From assembly GCA_963719225.1 (NCBI GenBank), contig CAVRAY010000001.1:3712001-3776000 (forward strand): a stretch of 64,000 nt of DNA, written 5' to 3'. Shown piece by piece: positions 33,255 to 43,814 of this stretch. The position numbers and the translations under genes are program-made. Each line of letters opens with the position of its first letter. Position 1 is the first letter of the stretch. Under the pieces are notes generated by a model. It saw only the letters and a program-made list of their open reading frames with translations. It did not search any database and was not told where the DNA came from. This stretch comes from Thermoanaerobaculia bacterium (GTDB taxonomy: Bacteria > Acidobacteriota > Thermoanaerobaculia > UBA5066).

Positions 33255-33895
33255 CCCGCGAGCCTTTCGCGCACGGCACTCTCGATCTCGTCGCCGTAGT
33301 CGATGAGGCCGTGGTCGCCGCCCTCGACGCGGTGAAAGCGAGAGCCGGGAGCGAGGTGGCCGGAAGCACCCCAGCGCGTCCAGGCCTCCTCGACCTGATC
33401 GAAAGGAACGGAGTCGTCGTGCGTTCCCATCACGACCGAAACGGGGACGGGCGGCGGATTCTCGTCCACGTGAACCTTCGCCATCTCCTCGAAGAAGGCG
33501 CGGTGTATGGGGAGCGGCCGGCCTTCGCCGTGGTGGAGGAGCTCGAGCACGTCGCTTTCCGGCAGCTTCGATTTCCACCGCTCGCCGAAGCCGAGCGCGG
33601 GCGCGAGGAGAACGAGCGGCGGGCCGCCCTTCCCCAGCATGTCGGCGAGGGCGAGCGCGACGAGAGCCCCGAGCGAGCTGCCGACGACATTCCGCGGCTT
33701 CGTCTCCGCGCAGCTCACGAACGCCTCGGCGCACATCTCGGCGAAGGAGAGCTCGCGGAACGAGGGGACGTTCAGGTCGGGAGCGACGACCTTCCAGCCT
33801 TCCCCTGCGAAGCGCTTCTCGAGGATCTCCCTCTTGCGGCCTCTCGGCGAGGACGCGAGGCCGTGGAGGTAGAGAAGCGCCGGCGAAAGGTGCAC
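33251..33895 (-). CDS. YqiA/YcfP-like alpha/beta hydrolase
   Basis: YLHGLASSP, GSSLG nucleophile elbow, GTHDDSVP, GDH. Confidence 0.85.
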   Translation of the reverse strand: MHLSPALLYLHGLASSPRGRKREILEKRFAGEGWKVVAPDLNVPSFRELSFAEMCAEAFVSCAETKPRNVVGSSLGALVALALADMLGKGGPPLVLLAPALGFGERWKSKLPESDVLELLHHGEGRPLPIHRAFFEEMAKVHVDENPPPVPVSVVMGTHDDSVPFDQVEEAWTRWGASGHLAPGSRFHRVEGGDHGLIDYGDEIESAVRERLAG

Positions 33896-33896
33896 G

Positions 33897-34298
33897 TCAC
33901 CCGCGCCGCGACGTGTTGCGTGACTTCAGAGCCGACACGCGGGAGAGGACGTCGAAGTCGCGGTCCCGGTGAAGGACCTCCACGCCGTTGTTCAGCGCGC
34001 AGGCGGCGATGAGACAGTCCACGCCCGACCGCACGGTCAGGCCGGAGCGGCGGGCGGAGCGGTAGAGCCGGATCGCTCCTTCGAAGATCGGGAGCGAAAG
34101 GGGCGCCTCGAGGACGGGGAACGCGAGCATCGCCTCGCGGGCCGCGCGAAACGCCGACTCGTCACGGAACCCCTGGAGCACCTCCTGGATCACGGGAAGG
34201 CAGGTGACGACGTCCTCGAGGTCGACGAACGTCTCCAGGCGCAGCGGCGCTTTCTTCCGGAAGAGCTCGATCCAGACGGACGTGTCAACGAGAACCAC
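33897..34298 (-). CDS. vapC: VapC PIN-domain toxin
   Basis: VLVDTSVWI...QEVLQG...VDCLIAA...HRDRDFD. Confidence 0.9.
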   Translation of the reverse strand: MVLVDTSVWIELFRKKAPLRLETFVDLEDVVTCLPVIQEVLQGFRDESAFRAAREAMLAFPVLEAPLSLPIFEGAIRLYRSARRSGLTVRSGVDCLIAACALNNGVEVLHRDRDFDVLSRVSALKSRNTSRRG

Positions 34299-34524
34299 GA
34301 GGGATCCGTCGGGGAATCCTTCGGCGTGACGTGTCTCCCCGCATTTCGCTCAAAGTCCCTTCCCAGAGACCCGATCCGGCGAGGTCGAGGATCCGGCCTG
34401 CTTTGATACGCCTCACGAGATCCTCGAGCGCCCGCCCCACGGTCCGCGAGTAGGTCCGCTCCCCCGCGAGGCGGGTTGCCTCCTCGAGGAGATGCTCATC
34501 AAGCACAAGATTCGTGCGTTTCAT
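34285..34524 (-). CDS. vapB: VapB-family antitoxin
   Basis: MKRTNLVLDEHLLEEA...LWEGTLSEMR; overlaps vapC. Confidence 0.88.
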   Translation of the reverse strand: MKRTNLVLDEHLLEEATRLAGERTYSRTVGRALEDLVRRIKAGRILDLAGSGLWEGTLSEMRGDTSRRRIPRRIPRGSR

Positions 34525-34678
34525 GCGTCCAGCGTAGCACGTCATGCCCGGCCGAGGGGACCTCCCTCCTCCAAGGAATTGGATGCCCGCTGATCACTCG
34601 ATCGCGAGCGCCCTTTCGTGATAAAAACTGCGACCAGTTCGCACCGCATTTCGACTCGGAGGAGGAGGAGGTCCAGGC

Positions 34679-37447
34679 ATGAGGTTCATCTTTCGTTTCG
34701 TTCTTTCGCTTGTGCTCGTCGTCACGGCCACAACAGTGTGGGCGGGCGAGACAGGATCGATCTCGGGCGTCGTGCGAGACGGCAACGGCCTTGCAGTTCC
34801 CGGCGCAACGGTGAAGGTCTTCGGACCTCAAATGCCCGCGGGTTACACGACCGTCAGCCGGGCCAACGGGAGTTACGCCTTTCCGAAACTGCTTCCGGGC
34901 TCCTACACGGTCGAGGCTCAGCTCCAGGGGCTCGGAAAGGCCGCGAAGAAGACGAATGTCTCGGCCGACACCGATTATCAGATCGAGCTCGTCCTCGTCC
35001 AGACGGCTGCCGCCCAGGTAACCGTCACGGCCGTCAATGCCGAGGTCGATAAGAAGTCGACCGAGGTCAATTCGAACTTCGTAGCGGCCGAGATCCGCCA
35101 GCTCCCGATCGCCCGCAACTACTCGGGGCTCATCAGCCTCATCCCCGGCGCCTCGGCGGATACCGGGACCGGCGCGGTCGCCGTCGGCGGCGGAACCCGT
35201 GAAGAGAACAAGTACCTGATCGACGGCGTCAACATTACGAACCCGGGATACGGATACATCGGCATCGACACGAACGAGCTCGACATCGTCGACGTCAACA
35301 TCAAGCGCGCGTCCATCACCGCCGAGTTCGGCCGCACGTCGGGCGTCATCGTGAACGCCGTGACGAAATCCGGGACGAACGAGATCAGAGGAACCGTTCG
35401 TGGCTCCATCGACCCGAAGTCTCTCGCCGCCCAGAACAACCAGGGGGTCGTCCTGCGGGATACCGACACCTGGAACGGCGCCGCCGGCGTCGGCTTTCCG
35501 ATCATGAAGGACACGCTCTTCGGCTACGCCTCGGGCCGGTATGTCAAGACGACGACGAGCGGCGCCTCGGCAACGCTGAACGGCGTCACGACGACGCAGC
35601 CCGACGGCACGGCGACGGCTTGGGACTACTTCGGAAAGCTCACGGGCCTCGTCGGCCAGACCCTCCAATTGAACGCGGGTTTCCGAGGCCTGCCGAACAA
35701 GTCGGACAACCAATTCGACCGCGTCTACGACCTCCCCTCCGCCGCGAACGGGAACGACGTCGCGAATTACGTCTGGAACGCGAGCGTCGACTACATTGCC
35801 TCGAAGGACACCGTCCTCGAAGCCAAGTACGTGCACGCGACCGAGAACGACGCGTACGGGGCGCAGACGATCCTCAACGACAGGCCGCTCACGATCGACC
35901 CGAACAACCTCGGGAAGTACGGCGCTTTCTTCGACCCGGCCCGGAACGGCGGCAACGTCGGCGTTTATCCGTACCAGCTGAGCGGCGAGACGTACAAGCG
36001 AGACGAGGTGAAGCTCACGGCAAGCCACTTCCTCGACATCGGCAACACACAGAACCAGATCAAGATCGGCGGCGCCGCCGAGTTCATCGATTTCACGTTC
36101 CAACGGCCATCAAATGGATGGGGAACGCTGATTTACTCGTCGGCGACGGAAGTCCGGGCCCGGTACTACGTGGGCACCCCCAAGCAGCTGGGTGCGGCGC
36201 GGACCTATTCCCTTTTTCTTCAGGACAACCTGACCGCGGGCCAGCTTTCCGTCACTGCCGGCGTCCTCCTCAACAGGGAGGACTTCTCCCAGACCTGCGC
36301 CGCGGGCACCACATGCTCGAGCACCACACCTAGCACCTCGGACGTCCGATACAATTTTATGAGTTTCGGCTGGACCGACGAGGTGCAGCCGCGCATCGGC
36401 CTCGCGTACAACGCGAACCTCATGAACGGAGACAAGTTCTACGGGAGCTGGGGGATCTACCAGGGCATTGACGCGAAGTCGGCCATTCGCTCGCAGGCGC
36501 CTTTCCGGGTCCGTGAAGATCAGTCCTTCTTCAGCCGAACGACGGGCGCGTTTCTCCGCCAGCAGATTCGCGGCTCCAGCGGGGGCCACTTCATCCCGGC
36601 GGGCCTGACGGCGCCGTCCTATCAGGAGTGGGTTTTCGGCTACGCGGCGCCGGTTAGCCGGGAGTTCACCGTGGACGTCTTCTACCAGTACAAGGCGCTC
36701 AAGCACCCACTCGAGGACACGCCGCGTGGTGCGAACCTCTACGATGCGAACGTCTACTTCGGCAGCTTCCAGCTCAACAATTTCAACAACGCGAGGCGCA
36801 TCTACAGCGGGGCCACGATCGACATCACGAAGCGCTACTCGCACGGCTGGTACCTGAACGCGAACTACACGTACAGCCACCTCTATGGCAACTTCGACGA
36901 CGACTTTTCCCTGAGCCAGTACAACAACTCGTCCGCCGTCGAGGACGAGCCGGGCCTCTACACGGACGACCCCGCCTCCCTGAGGACCGGCTCCCTCCTG
37001 CAGGACCGGACGCACATGTTCAAGCTGCTGGCGAGCTACGACCTTCCGCTGGGATTCTCGATCGGCGGCTTCTTGCGGATCCAGAGCGGCACGCCCTGGC
37101 AGGCTCAGGGTTACACGCCGAGCCAGTACGAGTCGGGGCGGTATCTCGAACCGGCCGGGTCCCGCCGCCTCCCGACCTGGACGAACTTCGACCTCCTCGG
37201 CGCCTACACGTTCGCGTTCGGCGGCGGCTATTCGGTGAGGCTCGAAGGACGTGTCCAAAACCTCTTCAATACGCAAACCGTCTTGAATGTGAACCGGCTC
37301 CAGTACACCGACCCGTACGTGGACGGCACGTCCACCTCAACATCGATCAGCCCCCAGGGGACCAGCCAGCCGAACCCCCTGTTCGGCACGCCCACCTCAT
37401 GGGCCTCGCCGCGGCGGTTCGTGCTGACCGCGTACGTCAACTTCTAA
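34679..37447 (+). CDS. TonB-dependent receptor (Oar-like, N-terminal carboxypeptidase-regulatory-like domain)
   Basis: Signal peptide, GSISGVVRD...PGATV, plug AEFGRTSG.IVNAVTKSGTN, C-terminal F; GGAGG SD. Confidence 0.9.
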   Translation: MRFIFRFVLSLVLVVTATTVWAGETGSISGVVRDGNGLAVPGATVKVFGPQMPAGYTTVSRANGSYAFPKLLPGSYTVEAQLQGLGKAAKKTNVSADTDYQIELVLVQTAAAQVTVTAVNAEVDKKSTEVNSNFVAAEIRQLPIARNYSGLISLIPGASADTGTGAVAVGGGTREENKYLIDGVNITNPGYGYIGIDTNELDIVDVNIKRASITAEFGRTSGVIVNAVTKSGTNEIRGTVRGSIDPKSLAAQNNQGVVLRDTDTWNGAAGVGFPIMKDTLFGYASGRYVKTTTSGASATLNGVTTTQPDGTATAWDYFGKLTGLVGQTLQLNAGFRGLPNKSDNQFDRVYDLPSAANGNDVANYVWNASVDYIASKDTVLEAKYVHATENDAYGAQTILNDRPLTIDPNNLGKYGAFFDPARNGGNVGVYPYQLSGETYKRDEVKLTASHFLDIGNTQNQIKIGGAAEFIDFTFQRPSNGWGTLIYSSATEVRARYYVGTPKQLGAARTYSLFLQDNLTAGQLSVTAGVLLNREDFSQTCAAGTTCSSTTPSTSDVRYNFMSFGWTDEVQPRIGLAYNANLMNGDKFYGSWGIYQGIDAKSAIRSQAPFRVREDQSFFSRTTGAFLRQQIRGSSGGHFIPAGLTAPSYQEWVFGYAAPVSREFTVDVFYQYKALKHPLEDTPRGANLYDANVYFGSFQLNNFNNARRIYSGATIDITKRYSHGWYLNANYTYSHLYGNFDDDFSLSQYNNSSAVEDEPGLYTDDPASLRTGSLLQDRTHMFKLLASYDLPLGFSIGGFLRIQSGTPWQAQGYTPSQYESGRYLEPAGSRRLPTWTNFDLLGAYTFAFGGGYSVRLEGRVQNLFNTQTVLNVNRLQYTDPYVDGTSTSTSISPQGTSQPNPLFGTPTSWASPRRFVLTAYVNF

Positions 37448-37471
37448 GCTTCACGCCTTTTCGGATCGTGC

Positions 37472-37501
37472 GGCCCGGTGGAAACGCCGGGCCTTTTCAT
37501 T
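37472..37501 (+). terminator. Rho-independent terminator
   Basis: GGCCCGGTG-GAAA-CGCCGGGCC hairpin followed by TTTTCATT, just after the receptor stop. Confidence 0.7.
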
Positions 37502-39431
37502 TCAGGGCGCGGAGCAGCGCCTCGGCCTTGTCGTAGCCCGGTCTCAGCGCGAGCGCGCGCTCGGCGAGCATTCGCGCGCGGGCGCGATCGCCTTTTTCCG
37601 CGAGAGCCGCGGCGAGATTCAAGAGCATCCCGGGATCCTCCGGCGACAGCGCGACGGCGGCCTCGAGATCGGGCAACGCGCCGAGCGCGTCGTTCGCGAG
37701 GACTCGGTCCACGCCGCGGCTCTCGTGCGCCGCCGCGAGGGCACGCTCCGTTTCCGGAGGATGCGGCGTCGTCGCATGCGCCTTCTCGAGTGCGGTGATC
37801 GCGTCGTCCATTCGCCCCGCGGCAGCCCACGCCCGCCCGACCCGCAGCCACATCAGCCCCGGATCGGGATGCCGCGATGCCGCAGCCTCGGCCGTGCGCG
37901 CGGCTTCGGCCGCATCGCCCTTCTCGATGAGATACAGGGCCCAGTGCATGTCCTCGTCGGCGCTGCCGTCGTAGAGGCCCGTGGGCAGGATTGAAAGTGC
38001 GGCGAGAGGGAGCGCGACCGCTGCCGCCGCGAACAGGCGCCAAACCTCGCGCTCCCGAAAGGCGTCCCACGCCGCGACGACCCCCGCTCCGCCGAGAACC
38101 GCGAGCGCCACGAGGAGCGGGAGCCGATACCGCGTCGCGACGAAGAAAGCCGCCACGGAAAGAACGTAGGCCGGTACGAAGGAAGCCCAGACGAGAAGCG
38201 CGCGACGGGCCGCGCCTGCCGACGCGAGCAGCGCGAGAACGAAACCCGTGCCCGCGAGCGGCACGAGGAGGCCGGGCCCCACGAAGAGCAGCTTCAAGGC
38301 GCCGCTCCGTTCGCGGTACCACGGGAAGCTGAAGTTGAGAGGCGCCTCGTCGCGCGAGAGCAGAAGACGAATTTTTCTTAGAAAGAGGGAACCGGCGGCG
38401 GTGGGATTCTCGACCATCCACCGGAACGCCTCGTTCGCGAAATGAGCCGAGACCTCGCGCGTCGAAAGCGCGCGGCCCTCGGCCGCCTCGGCGACGCGCC
38501 TGGCATCCCGGGCCTGTCCGCCGATGTCGGGCGTGATCCCCGGGAGCGCGCGATAGACGCCGTTCGCGCCCGGTCCGTTCCCGATCAGGAAGTTCAACCC
38601 GCCGTGCGAGGAGATGAGAACCGGCTCGCCCGAGACGATCCGATTGCGCGCGAGGGAAATCGCGACGAGGAGTCCCGTTCCCGCGAGAAATGCTGCTGCG
38701 AATCGAAAGGTTCGAAGAGAGGTTTCTTCGAGTGGAAGAGAGGAAGAGGACCGCGTCTCGGGCCGGCGCCGCGCGACGAGGGAAGCGACGATAAGCGTGC
38801 CGGCGATGACGGGGACGCACAGAAGAGCGTTGGGCCGGTTCAGCGAAAGCAGCCCGAAGGCGGCACCGGCGGCCAGCCAGCGTCCAACGCCCGCCGCTCT
38901 CCGACGCGCGCCGCCGACCCCCGCTGCCTCCTTCTCATTCACCTTCAAAGAAATACGACCTTGGGTGAGCGCATCTGCAAGCAGGAAAAGGCCCAGAGCC
39001 GTCAGAAAGGGATCCAAAGCAGCTTGAAGAATCAAGACCTCGTGGAACGTCACGACGCCCGTCAGTGCGTAGAGGATGCCGGCCGCGAGCGCCGCGCGTT
39101 CGCCAAAGAGTCGCCTCGCAGTGAGGAAGACGAGCGCGACCGCGGCCGTGCCGAGCGCGATCTGGACGAGCTTGGCCGCGAGGAAGGAACCGGCCGAAAA
39201 AGCGTGGATCGCCGCGAGGAAGTAGATGTAAAGAGGCGAGACGAAGAACGGGACGGAGCCCGGGCCGCGCAGCAGAAGATCGCCGCCCGCGACGTCCGCC
39301 GCGAGACGCGCGTAGACGCCGCTGTCGATGTCACCCGCGGGCTGGAGGAGCGGGTGGGCGTCGAAGCGCGCGAGGACGGCGACCTTCAGAGCGAGAGCGG
39401 CGAGAAGGAGCAGGAAGAGCGGCCGTCGCAC
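37497..39431 (-). CDS. GT-C (PMT/ArnT-like) membrane glycosyltransferase with C-terminal TPRs
   Basis: DSGVY...PLYIYFLA, RPN, GGLNFLIGN, RYRLP; TPR-like helices at the C-terminus. Confidence 0.8.
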   Translation of the reverse strand: MRRPLFLLLLAALALKVAVLARFDAHPLLQPAGDIDSGVYARLAADVAGGDLLLRGPGSVPFFVSPLYIYFLAAIHAFSAGSFLAAKLVQIALGTAAVALVFLTARRLFGERAALAAGILYALTGVVTFHEVLILQAALDPFLTALGLFLLADALTQGRISLKVNEKEAAGVGGARRRAAGVGRWLAAGAAFGLLSLNRPNALLCVPVIAGTLIVASLVARRRPETRSSSSLPLEETSLRTFRFAAAFLAGTGLLVAISLARNRIVSGEPVLISSHGGLNFLIGNGPGANGVYRALPGITPDIGGQARDARRVAEAAEGRALSTREVSAHFANEAFRWMVENPTAAGSLFLRKIRLLLSRDEAPLNFSFPWYRERSGALKLLFVGPGLLVPLAGTGFVLALLASAGAARRALLVWASFVPAYVLSVAAFFVATRYRLPLLVALAVLGGAGVVAAWDAFREREVWRLFAAAAVALPLAALSILPTGLYDGSADEDMHWALYLIEKGDAAEAARTAEAAASRHPDPGLMWLRVGRAWAAAGRMDDAITALEKAHATTPHPPETERALAAAHESRGVDRVLANDALGALPDLEAAVALSPEDPGMLLNLAAALAEKGDRARARMLAERALALRPGYDKAEALLRALK

Positions 39432-39467
39432 GCGACGGAGGTTAGCGCGGGACTGACGCGCCGTGCG

Positions 39468-40784
39468 CTACCCCGGGAAGACGTACTTCCGGGCTTTCGC
39501 GGCCGCGAGCAGGTCGGGGCGGAAATCGGGATGCGCGATGTCGATGAGCGCCATCGACCTTTGCCGAATGTTCTTGCCCCACAGGTCCGCGACGCCGTAC
39601 TCCGTGACGACGTAGTGAATGTCTCCGCGGCTCGTCACGATGCCTGCGCCCTCCTCGAGGGCTGGGACGATCCGGCTGATCTGGCCGTTCTTCGCGGTCG
39701 AGGGGAGCGCGATGATGGGTTTGCCGCCCTTGCTGCGCGCGGCGCCGCGGATGAAGTCCACCTGACCGCCGATGCCCGAGAAGAAGCGCCCTCCGATCGT
39801 GTCGGCCGCGACCTGGCCGGTCAGGTCCACGGCGAGGGCCGAGTTCAGCGCGACCATCTGGTCGTTTCGCGCGATCTGGAACGTGTCGTTCGTGAAGCTC
39901 GAGGGGCGCATCTCGACGGAGGCGTTGTCGTCCACCCAGTCGTAGAGCGCGCGCGTCCCCATGACGAACGACGTGACGATCTTCCCGGGGAGGAGGGTCT
40001 TCTTGCGGCCGGTGATGACGCCCGCTTTCGCGAGCGCCATGACGCCGTCGGACAGCATTTCCGTGTGGATGCCGAGGTCGCTGCGCTCCCAGAGCCCGCT
40101 CATGACCGCGTCCGGGATGCGCCCGATGCCCATCTGGAGCGTCGCTCCGTTCGGCACGAGCCCCGCCGCGTGGTGCCCGATCTGCCGGCAGACCTCGTCG
40201 AGAGGCTCGACCGTCAGCTCGGGCAGCGGATCGTCGACGGGAATGAGGTGCGCGATGCGGTCCACGTGAAGGAAGGAGTCGCCGAGCGTCCGGGGCATCT
40301 GGGGATTCACCTCGGCGAGGACGAGGTCGGCGGAGTCGACGGCGCTTCGGACGATGTCCACCGAGACGCCGAGGCTCACGAAGCCGTGCTGGTCCGGGAG
40401 GCTGACCTGAATGAGCGCCGCGTGGACCCCGATCCGCCCGCTCGTGATCAGGAGCGGGATCTCCGACAGGAAGACCGGGAGGAAGTCGGCCCGTCCCTCC
40501 TGGACGGCCTGCCGTACGTTCGAGCCGATGAAGAACGCCATGTGCCGGAAGCGGTCTTCGAGTCCGGGGGCGACGTAAGGCGCCGCCCCGAGCGTCATGA
40601 GGTGAACGATCTCGTTGCCTCTCAGCTGCGTGGCGTGCGTGACGAGTGCCTCGACGAGGCGCCCCGGCTCGCCGGCGCCGGAGCTGATGAGGATGCGGCG
40701 GCCGGGAAGGATGGCGCGCACGGCATCTTCGGCCGTGGCGATCTTGCGGGAGTAACGGCTTTTCCAGTCCTGATCGAACGTCAT
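39468..40784 (-). CDS. Acetyl-CoA hydrolase/4-hydroxybutyrate CoA-transferase family protein
   Basis: TLQMGIGRIPDAV, GIHTEM, SGIGGQVDFIRGA, VVTEYGVADL, IAHPDFR. Confidence 0.92.
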   Translation of the reverse strand: MTFDQDWKSRYSRKIATAEDAVRAILPGRRILISSGAGEPGRLVEALVTHATQLRGNEIVHLMTLGAAPYVAPGLEDRFRHMAFFIGSNVRQAVQEGRADFLPVFLSEIPLLITSGRIGVHAALIQVSLPDQHGFVSLGVSVDIVRSAVDSADLVLAEVNPQMPRTLGDSFLHVDRIAHLIPVDDPLPELTVEPLDEVCRQIGHHAAGLVPNGATLQMGIGRIPDAVMSGLWERSDLGIHTEMLSDGVMALAKAGVITGRKKTLLPGKIVTSFVMGTRALYDWVDDNASVEMRPSSFTNDTFQIARNDQMVALNSALAVDLTGQVAADTIGGRFFSGIGGQVDFIRGAARSKGGKPIIALPSTAKNGQISRIVPALEEGAGIVTSRGDIHYVVTEYGVADLWGKNIRQRSMALIDIAHPDFRPDLLAAAKARKYVFPG

Positions 40785-40859
40785 GGGGAAAATTTAGCCC
40801 CCTTCGGCACGGATCGGAACTGATGCGGGTGAATCTGGCGGGCTTGTTAAGCTGACTCC

Positions 40860-41792
40860 ATGGAGCCGTTCTTCATTGGAATCGACGGCGGCGGAACCCG
40901 TACGCGCGCCGTCGTGGCAGGAGCCGACCTCGTGCCGCTCGGCCGGGGAGCCGCGGGCCCGGCGAACGCCGCGACGCGGCCTCTTCCGCGCGTCCTCGAG
41001 ACGGTTCGGGAAGCGGCGTCGGACGCGCTCGCCGCGGCGGGCGCCGGCGACCGCGAAGCGACCCGGGTCGCGATCGGGCTCGCCGGCATCGATTCCATTC
41101 ACGACCGCCGCTCGCTTCTCACCGCCCTGGAGGGCGCTTTCGGAAGGGGGCGCGTCCTCCTGACGAGCGACGCGCGCGTCGCGCTGGCCGGAGCGTCGCG
41201 CGAAGCGCTCGACGCTCCGGCCGTCGTCCTCATCGCCGGAACGGGCGCCATCGCGTTCGGCCAGGGAAGGAACGGCGCCATCGCGCGGGCGGGTGGCTAT
41301 GGTCCCGTGATCGGCGACGAAGGCTCGGGCTACGCGATCGCGCGGAGAGGCCTGAGCGCGGTCGTGCGCGAGATCGACGGCCGCGGGCCGAAGACGGCGA
41401 TCAAGGCGCGTCTCTTCGCGACCGAGGACGTCCGCTCGGTCACGGATCTCCTCGAGCACGTGTACCACTCGGAGAGCGGCGCGGCCGACGTCGCCGCGTA
41501 TTACCCGCTCGTGCTGGCCGCGGCGAAGGACGGCGACGCCGAAGCGCGGCGAATCCTCGAAGACGCCGCCCGCGAACTGGCCCTCGACGTCGTGACGGTC
41601 GTGCGCAAGCTCGGCCTCGAGTCGGAGACGTTTCCCGTCGCGACGATCGGCGGGGTCCTTTCCCAAGGCTCTCCGCTCCTCGAACCGCTTCGCGCCGCGA
41701 TCGCGGCCGTGGCGAAAGGCGCGACCGTCGGACCGCCCGCTTTTCCGCCGGAGCTCGGCGCGATCCGCCTCGCGCTCTCCGGACAGACATGA
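40860..41792 (+). CDS. BadF-type N-acetylglucosamine/N-acetylmuramic acid kinase
   Basis: GIDGGGTRT, LIAGTGAI, GGYGPVIGDEGSGY; upstream of murQ. Confidence 0.88.
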   Translation: MEPFFIGIDGGGTRTRAVVAGADLVPLGRGAAGPANAATRPLPRVLETVREAASDALAAAGAGDREATRVAIGLAGIDSIHDRRSLLTALEGAFGRGRVLLTSDARVALAGASREALDAPAVVLIAGTGAIAFGQGRNGAIARAGGYGPVIGDEGSGYAIARRGLSAVVREIDGRGPKTAIKARLFATEDVRSVTDLLEHVYHSESGAADVAAYYPLVLAAAKDGDAEARRILEDAARELALDVVTVVRKLGLESETFPVATIGGVLSQGSPLLEPLRAAIAAVAKGATVGPPAFPPELGAIRLALSGQT

Positions 41793-42646
41793 GCGAGACG
41801 CTCGACCTCCTCGTGCGGCTTCACGAGGCCGACCGCGTGCTCTGGAACGCCGTGGGCGCGGCGCTCCCCGCGATCGCCCGCGCGGCCGACGCGATCGCCT
41901 CGCGGCTCGAGGAGGGCGGGCGCTGGTTCTATACGGGCTCCGGCACGAGCGGCAGGCTCGGGGCGCTCGACGCCGCGGAGCTCCCGCCCACGTTCGGGAC
42001 CGAACCCTCGCTCGTCGTCGCGCTCCTCGCGGGCGGCCGCGGGTCCATGTTCGAGGCGAAGGAGGGGGCGGAGGACGACGTCGCCGCGGGCGCTCGCGAT
42101 CTCGTCGCGGCGGGACTCGGCGGGAAGGACGCCGTCGTGGGCGTTTCCGCGAGCGGATCGACGCCCTACGTGAGAGGCGCCCTCGAAGAGGCGAAACGCG
42201 CCGGCGCCCTGACGGTCGCGGTCGTGTGCCGCCCTCAGGCACCTCTCGAAAAGCTCGCGGACATCGCGATCGTCCTCGACACCGGTCCGGAGGTGCTCGC
42301 CGAATCCAGCCGGCTGAAGGCAGGAACCGCGCAGAAGATCACCCTCAACATGCTCTCCACCGCGGTCATGGCCAGGCGCGGCCTCGTCTACCGCGACGAG
42401 ATGGTCGCGATGAAGCCTACGAACGAGAAGCTCCGGAAGCGCGCCGCGAGAATCGTGGCTGAAATTGCGGGAATAGGAGCGGAAGGAGCGGAAGATTTTC
42501 TTAGAAGGGTTAATTGGCATATGCCTTCTGCACTCGTCGCGGCGAAATGGAAACTCGATGCTCCGGCCGCCGCTCTTCACCTTTCTAAGCAGAAAAACAA
42601 CGTTGCGGCTGCTCTGACCTCGCCGCCCGAGGAAGGCCTCGAGTGA
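41789..42646 (+). CDS. murQ: N-acetylmuramic acid 6-phosphate etherase
   Basis: GSGTSGRLGALDAAELPPTF, EGAEDD, SASGSTPYV, GPEVL..SSRLKAGTAQK, NEKLRKRA. Confidence 0.93.
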   Translation: MSETLDLLVRLHEADRVLWNAVGAALPAIARAADAIASRLEEGGRWFYTGSGTSGRLGALDAAELPPTFGTEPSLVVALLAGGRGSMFEAKEGAEDDVAAGARDLVAAGLGGKDAVVGVSASGSTPYVRGALEEAKRAGALTVAVVCRPQAPLEKLADIAIVLDTGPEVLAESSRLKAGTAQKITLNMLSTAVMARRGLVYRDEMVAMKPTNEKLRKRAARIVAEIAGIGAEGAEDFLRRVNWHMPSALVAAKWKLDAPAAALHLSKQKNNVAAALTSPPEEGLE

Positions 42647-43578
42647 GCGAGGGAGCAAAAGGTCTTCTGGACCTCCACATCCACGGCGCTTTCGGCGTGG
42701 ACGTCCTGACCGCTTCCGCCGCCGATCTCGATCGTCTCGCGCTGGGATTGTCCGCCCGCGGAATCTCGGGCTTTCTGCCCACGCTCGTCCCGCAGCCGCT
42801 CGGCGAAATGGCCGCGACGGTCGCGCGCCTCTCGGCGTGGATGCGCTCGCGCCGCGAAGGGGACGACCGCGGGGCGTTGCCCCTCGGGATCCATTTCGAA
42901 GGGCCGTTCGTCTCGGCCGCGCGCTGCGGCGCACTCCACCCCTCTTCCTTTCTCGATGGCAGAGATCCGAGGACGCTCGATGCGTTCTTCGAGGCGCTCG
43001 GCGATCTGCCCGGGCGCTCGATGACGACGCTCGCGCCGGAAATTCCCGGCGGGATCGGGATCGTCAACGCGTTCAAGAGAAGGGGCTTTCTCGTCTCCAT
43101 CGGGCACACGGAAGCGGACGCCTCCACGCTCGACGAGGCGCTCGAAGCGGGGGCGTCTCACATGACGCATTTCGGCAACGCGATGAAGCCGCTCCACCAC
43201 CGGGACGTCGGGCCCATCGGCTGGGGGCTCGCCACGGACCGCGTCACCGTGGACGTCGTCGCCGACCTCCACCATCTCGCGCCGGAGATGCTGCGCCTCG
43301 TCCTGAAGGTCAAGGGGGAGAGCCGCGTCGCCCTCATCAGCGACGCGATGCCGGCCGCGGGCCTCGGAGACGGAACCTACGGCGTCTGGGGAGAGACGCT
43401 CACCGTGGCGGACGGCACGGCACGCAACGCCGCCGGCGCGCTCGCGGGCTCGACCTGCCTCCTCGACGAATGCGTGGCGCGTCTGGCGTCGATCGGCGTT
43501 CCAAAAGACGTGGCGCACCGGATGGCCAGCGACGTGCCGAGAATGGTATTATCCTCGTCCTTTGAGGTATTACCATGA
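42643..43578 (+). CDS. nagA: N-acetylglucosamine-6-phosphate deacetylase
   Basis: DLHIHG, HFEGPF, TLAPE, GHT, THFGNAM, DLHH, SDAM, LAGS. Confidence 0.9.
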   Translation: MSEGAKGLLDLHIHGAFGVDVLTASAADLDRLALGLSARGISGFLPTLVPQPLGEMAATVARLSAWMRSRREGDDRGALPLGIHFEGPFVSAARCGALHPSSFLDGRDPRTLDAFFEALGDLPGRSMTTLAPEIPGGIGIVNAFKRRGFLVSIGHTEADASTLDEALEAGASHMTHFGNAMKPLHHRDVGPIGWGLATDRVTVDVVADLHHLAPEMLRLVLKVKGESRVALISDAMPAAGLGDGTYGVWGETLTVADGTARNAAGALAGSTCLLDECVARLASIGVPKDVAHRMASDVPRMVLSSSFEVLP

Positions 43579-43814
43579 ACACGATCTCCTTGAAGATACC
43601 TCCCGAGATGGATCGGGAGCTGAAGCGGGCGGCCCGGAGAGCGAAGGCGACGAAGAGTGAGCTGGTGCGAGAGGCGATCGAAGCCCTCCTCTCGACCTCG
43701 CGCCGCTTCCCGACGAGGTTCTATCTCGAGCGCGCCCGCCGCTTCGCCGGCATCGTCGAAGGTCCCGGCGATTTGATGACCAACCCGAAGCGGTTCGAAG
43801 GCTTCGGGCGGTGA
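43575..43814 (+). CDS. Ribbon-helix-helix antitoxin
   Basis: TISLKIP...KSELVREAI; C-terminal GPGDLMTNPK.FEGFG; overlaps both nagA and the PIN gene. Confidence 0.85.
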   Translation: MNTISLKIPPEMDRELKRAARRAKATKSELVREAIEALLSTSRRFPTRFYLERARRFAGIVEGPGDLMTNPKRFEGFGR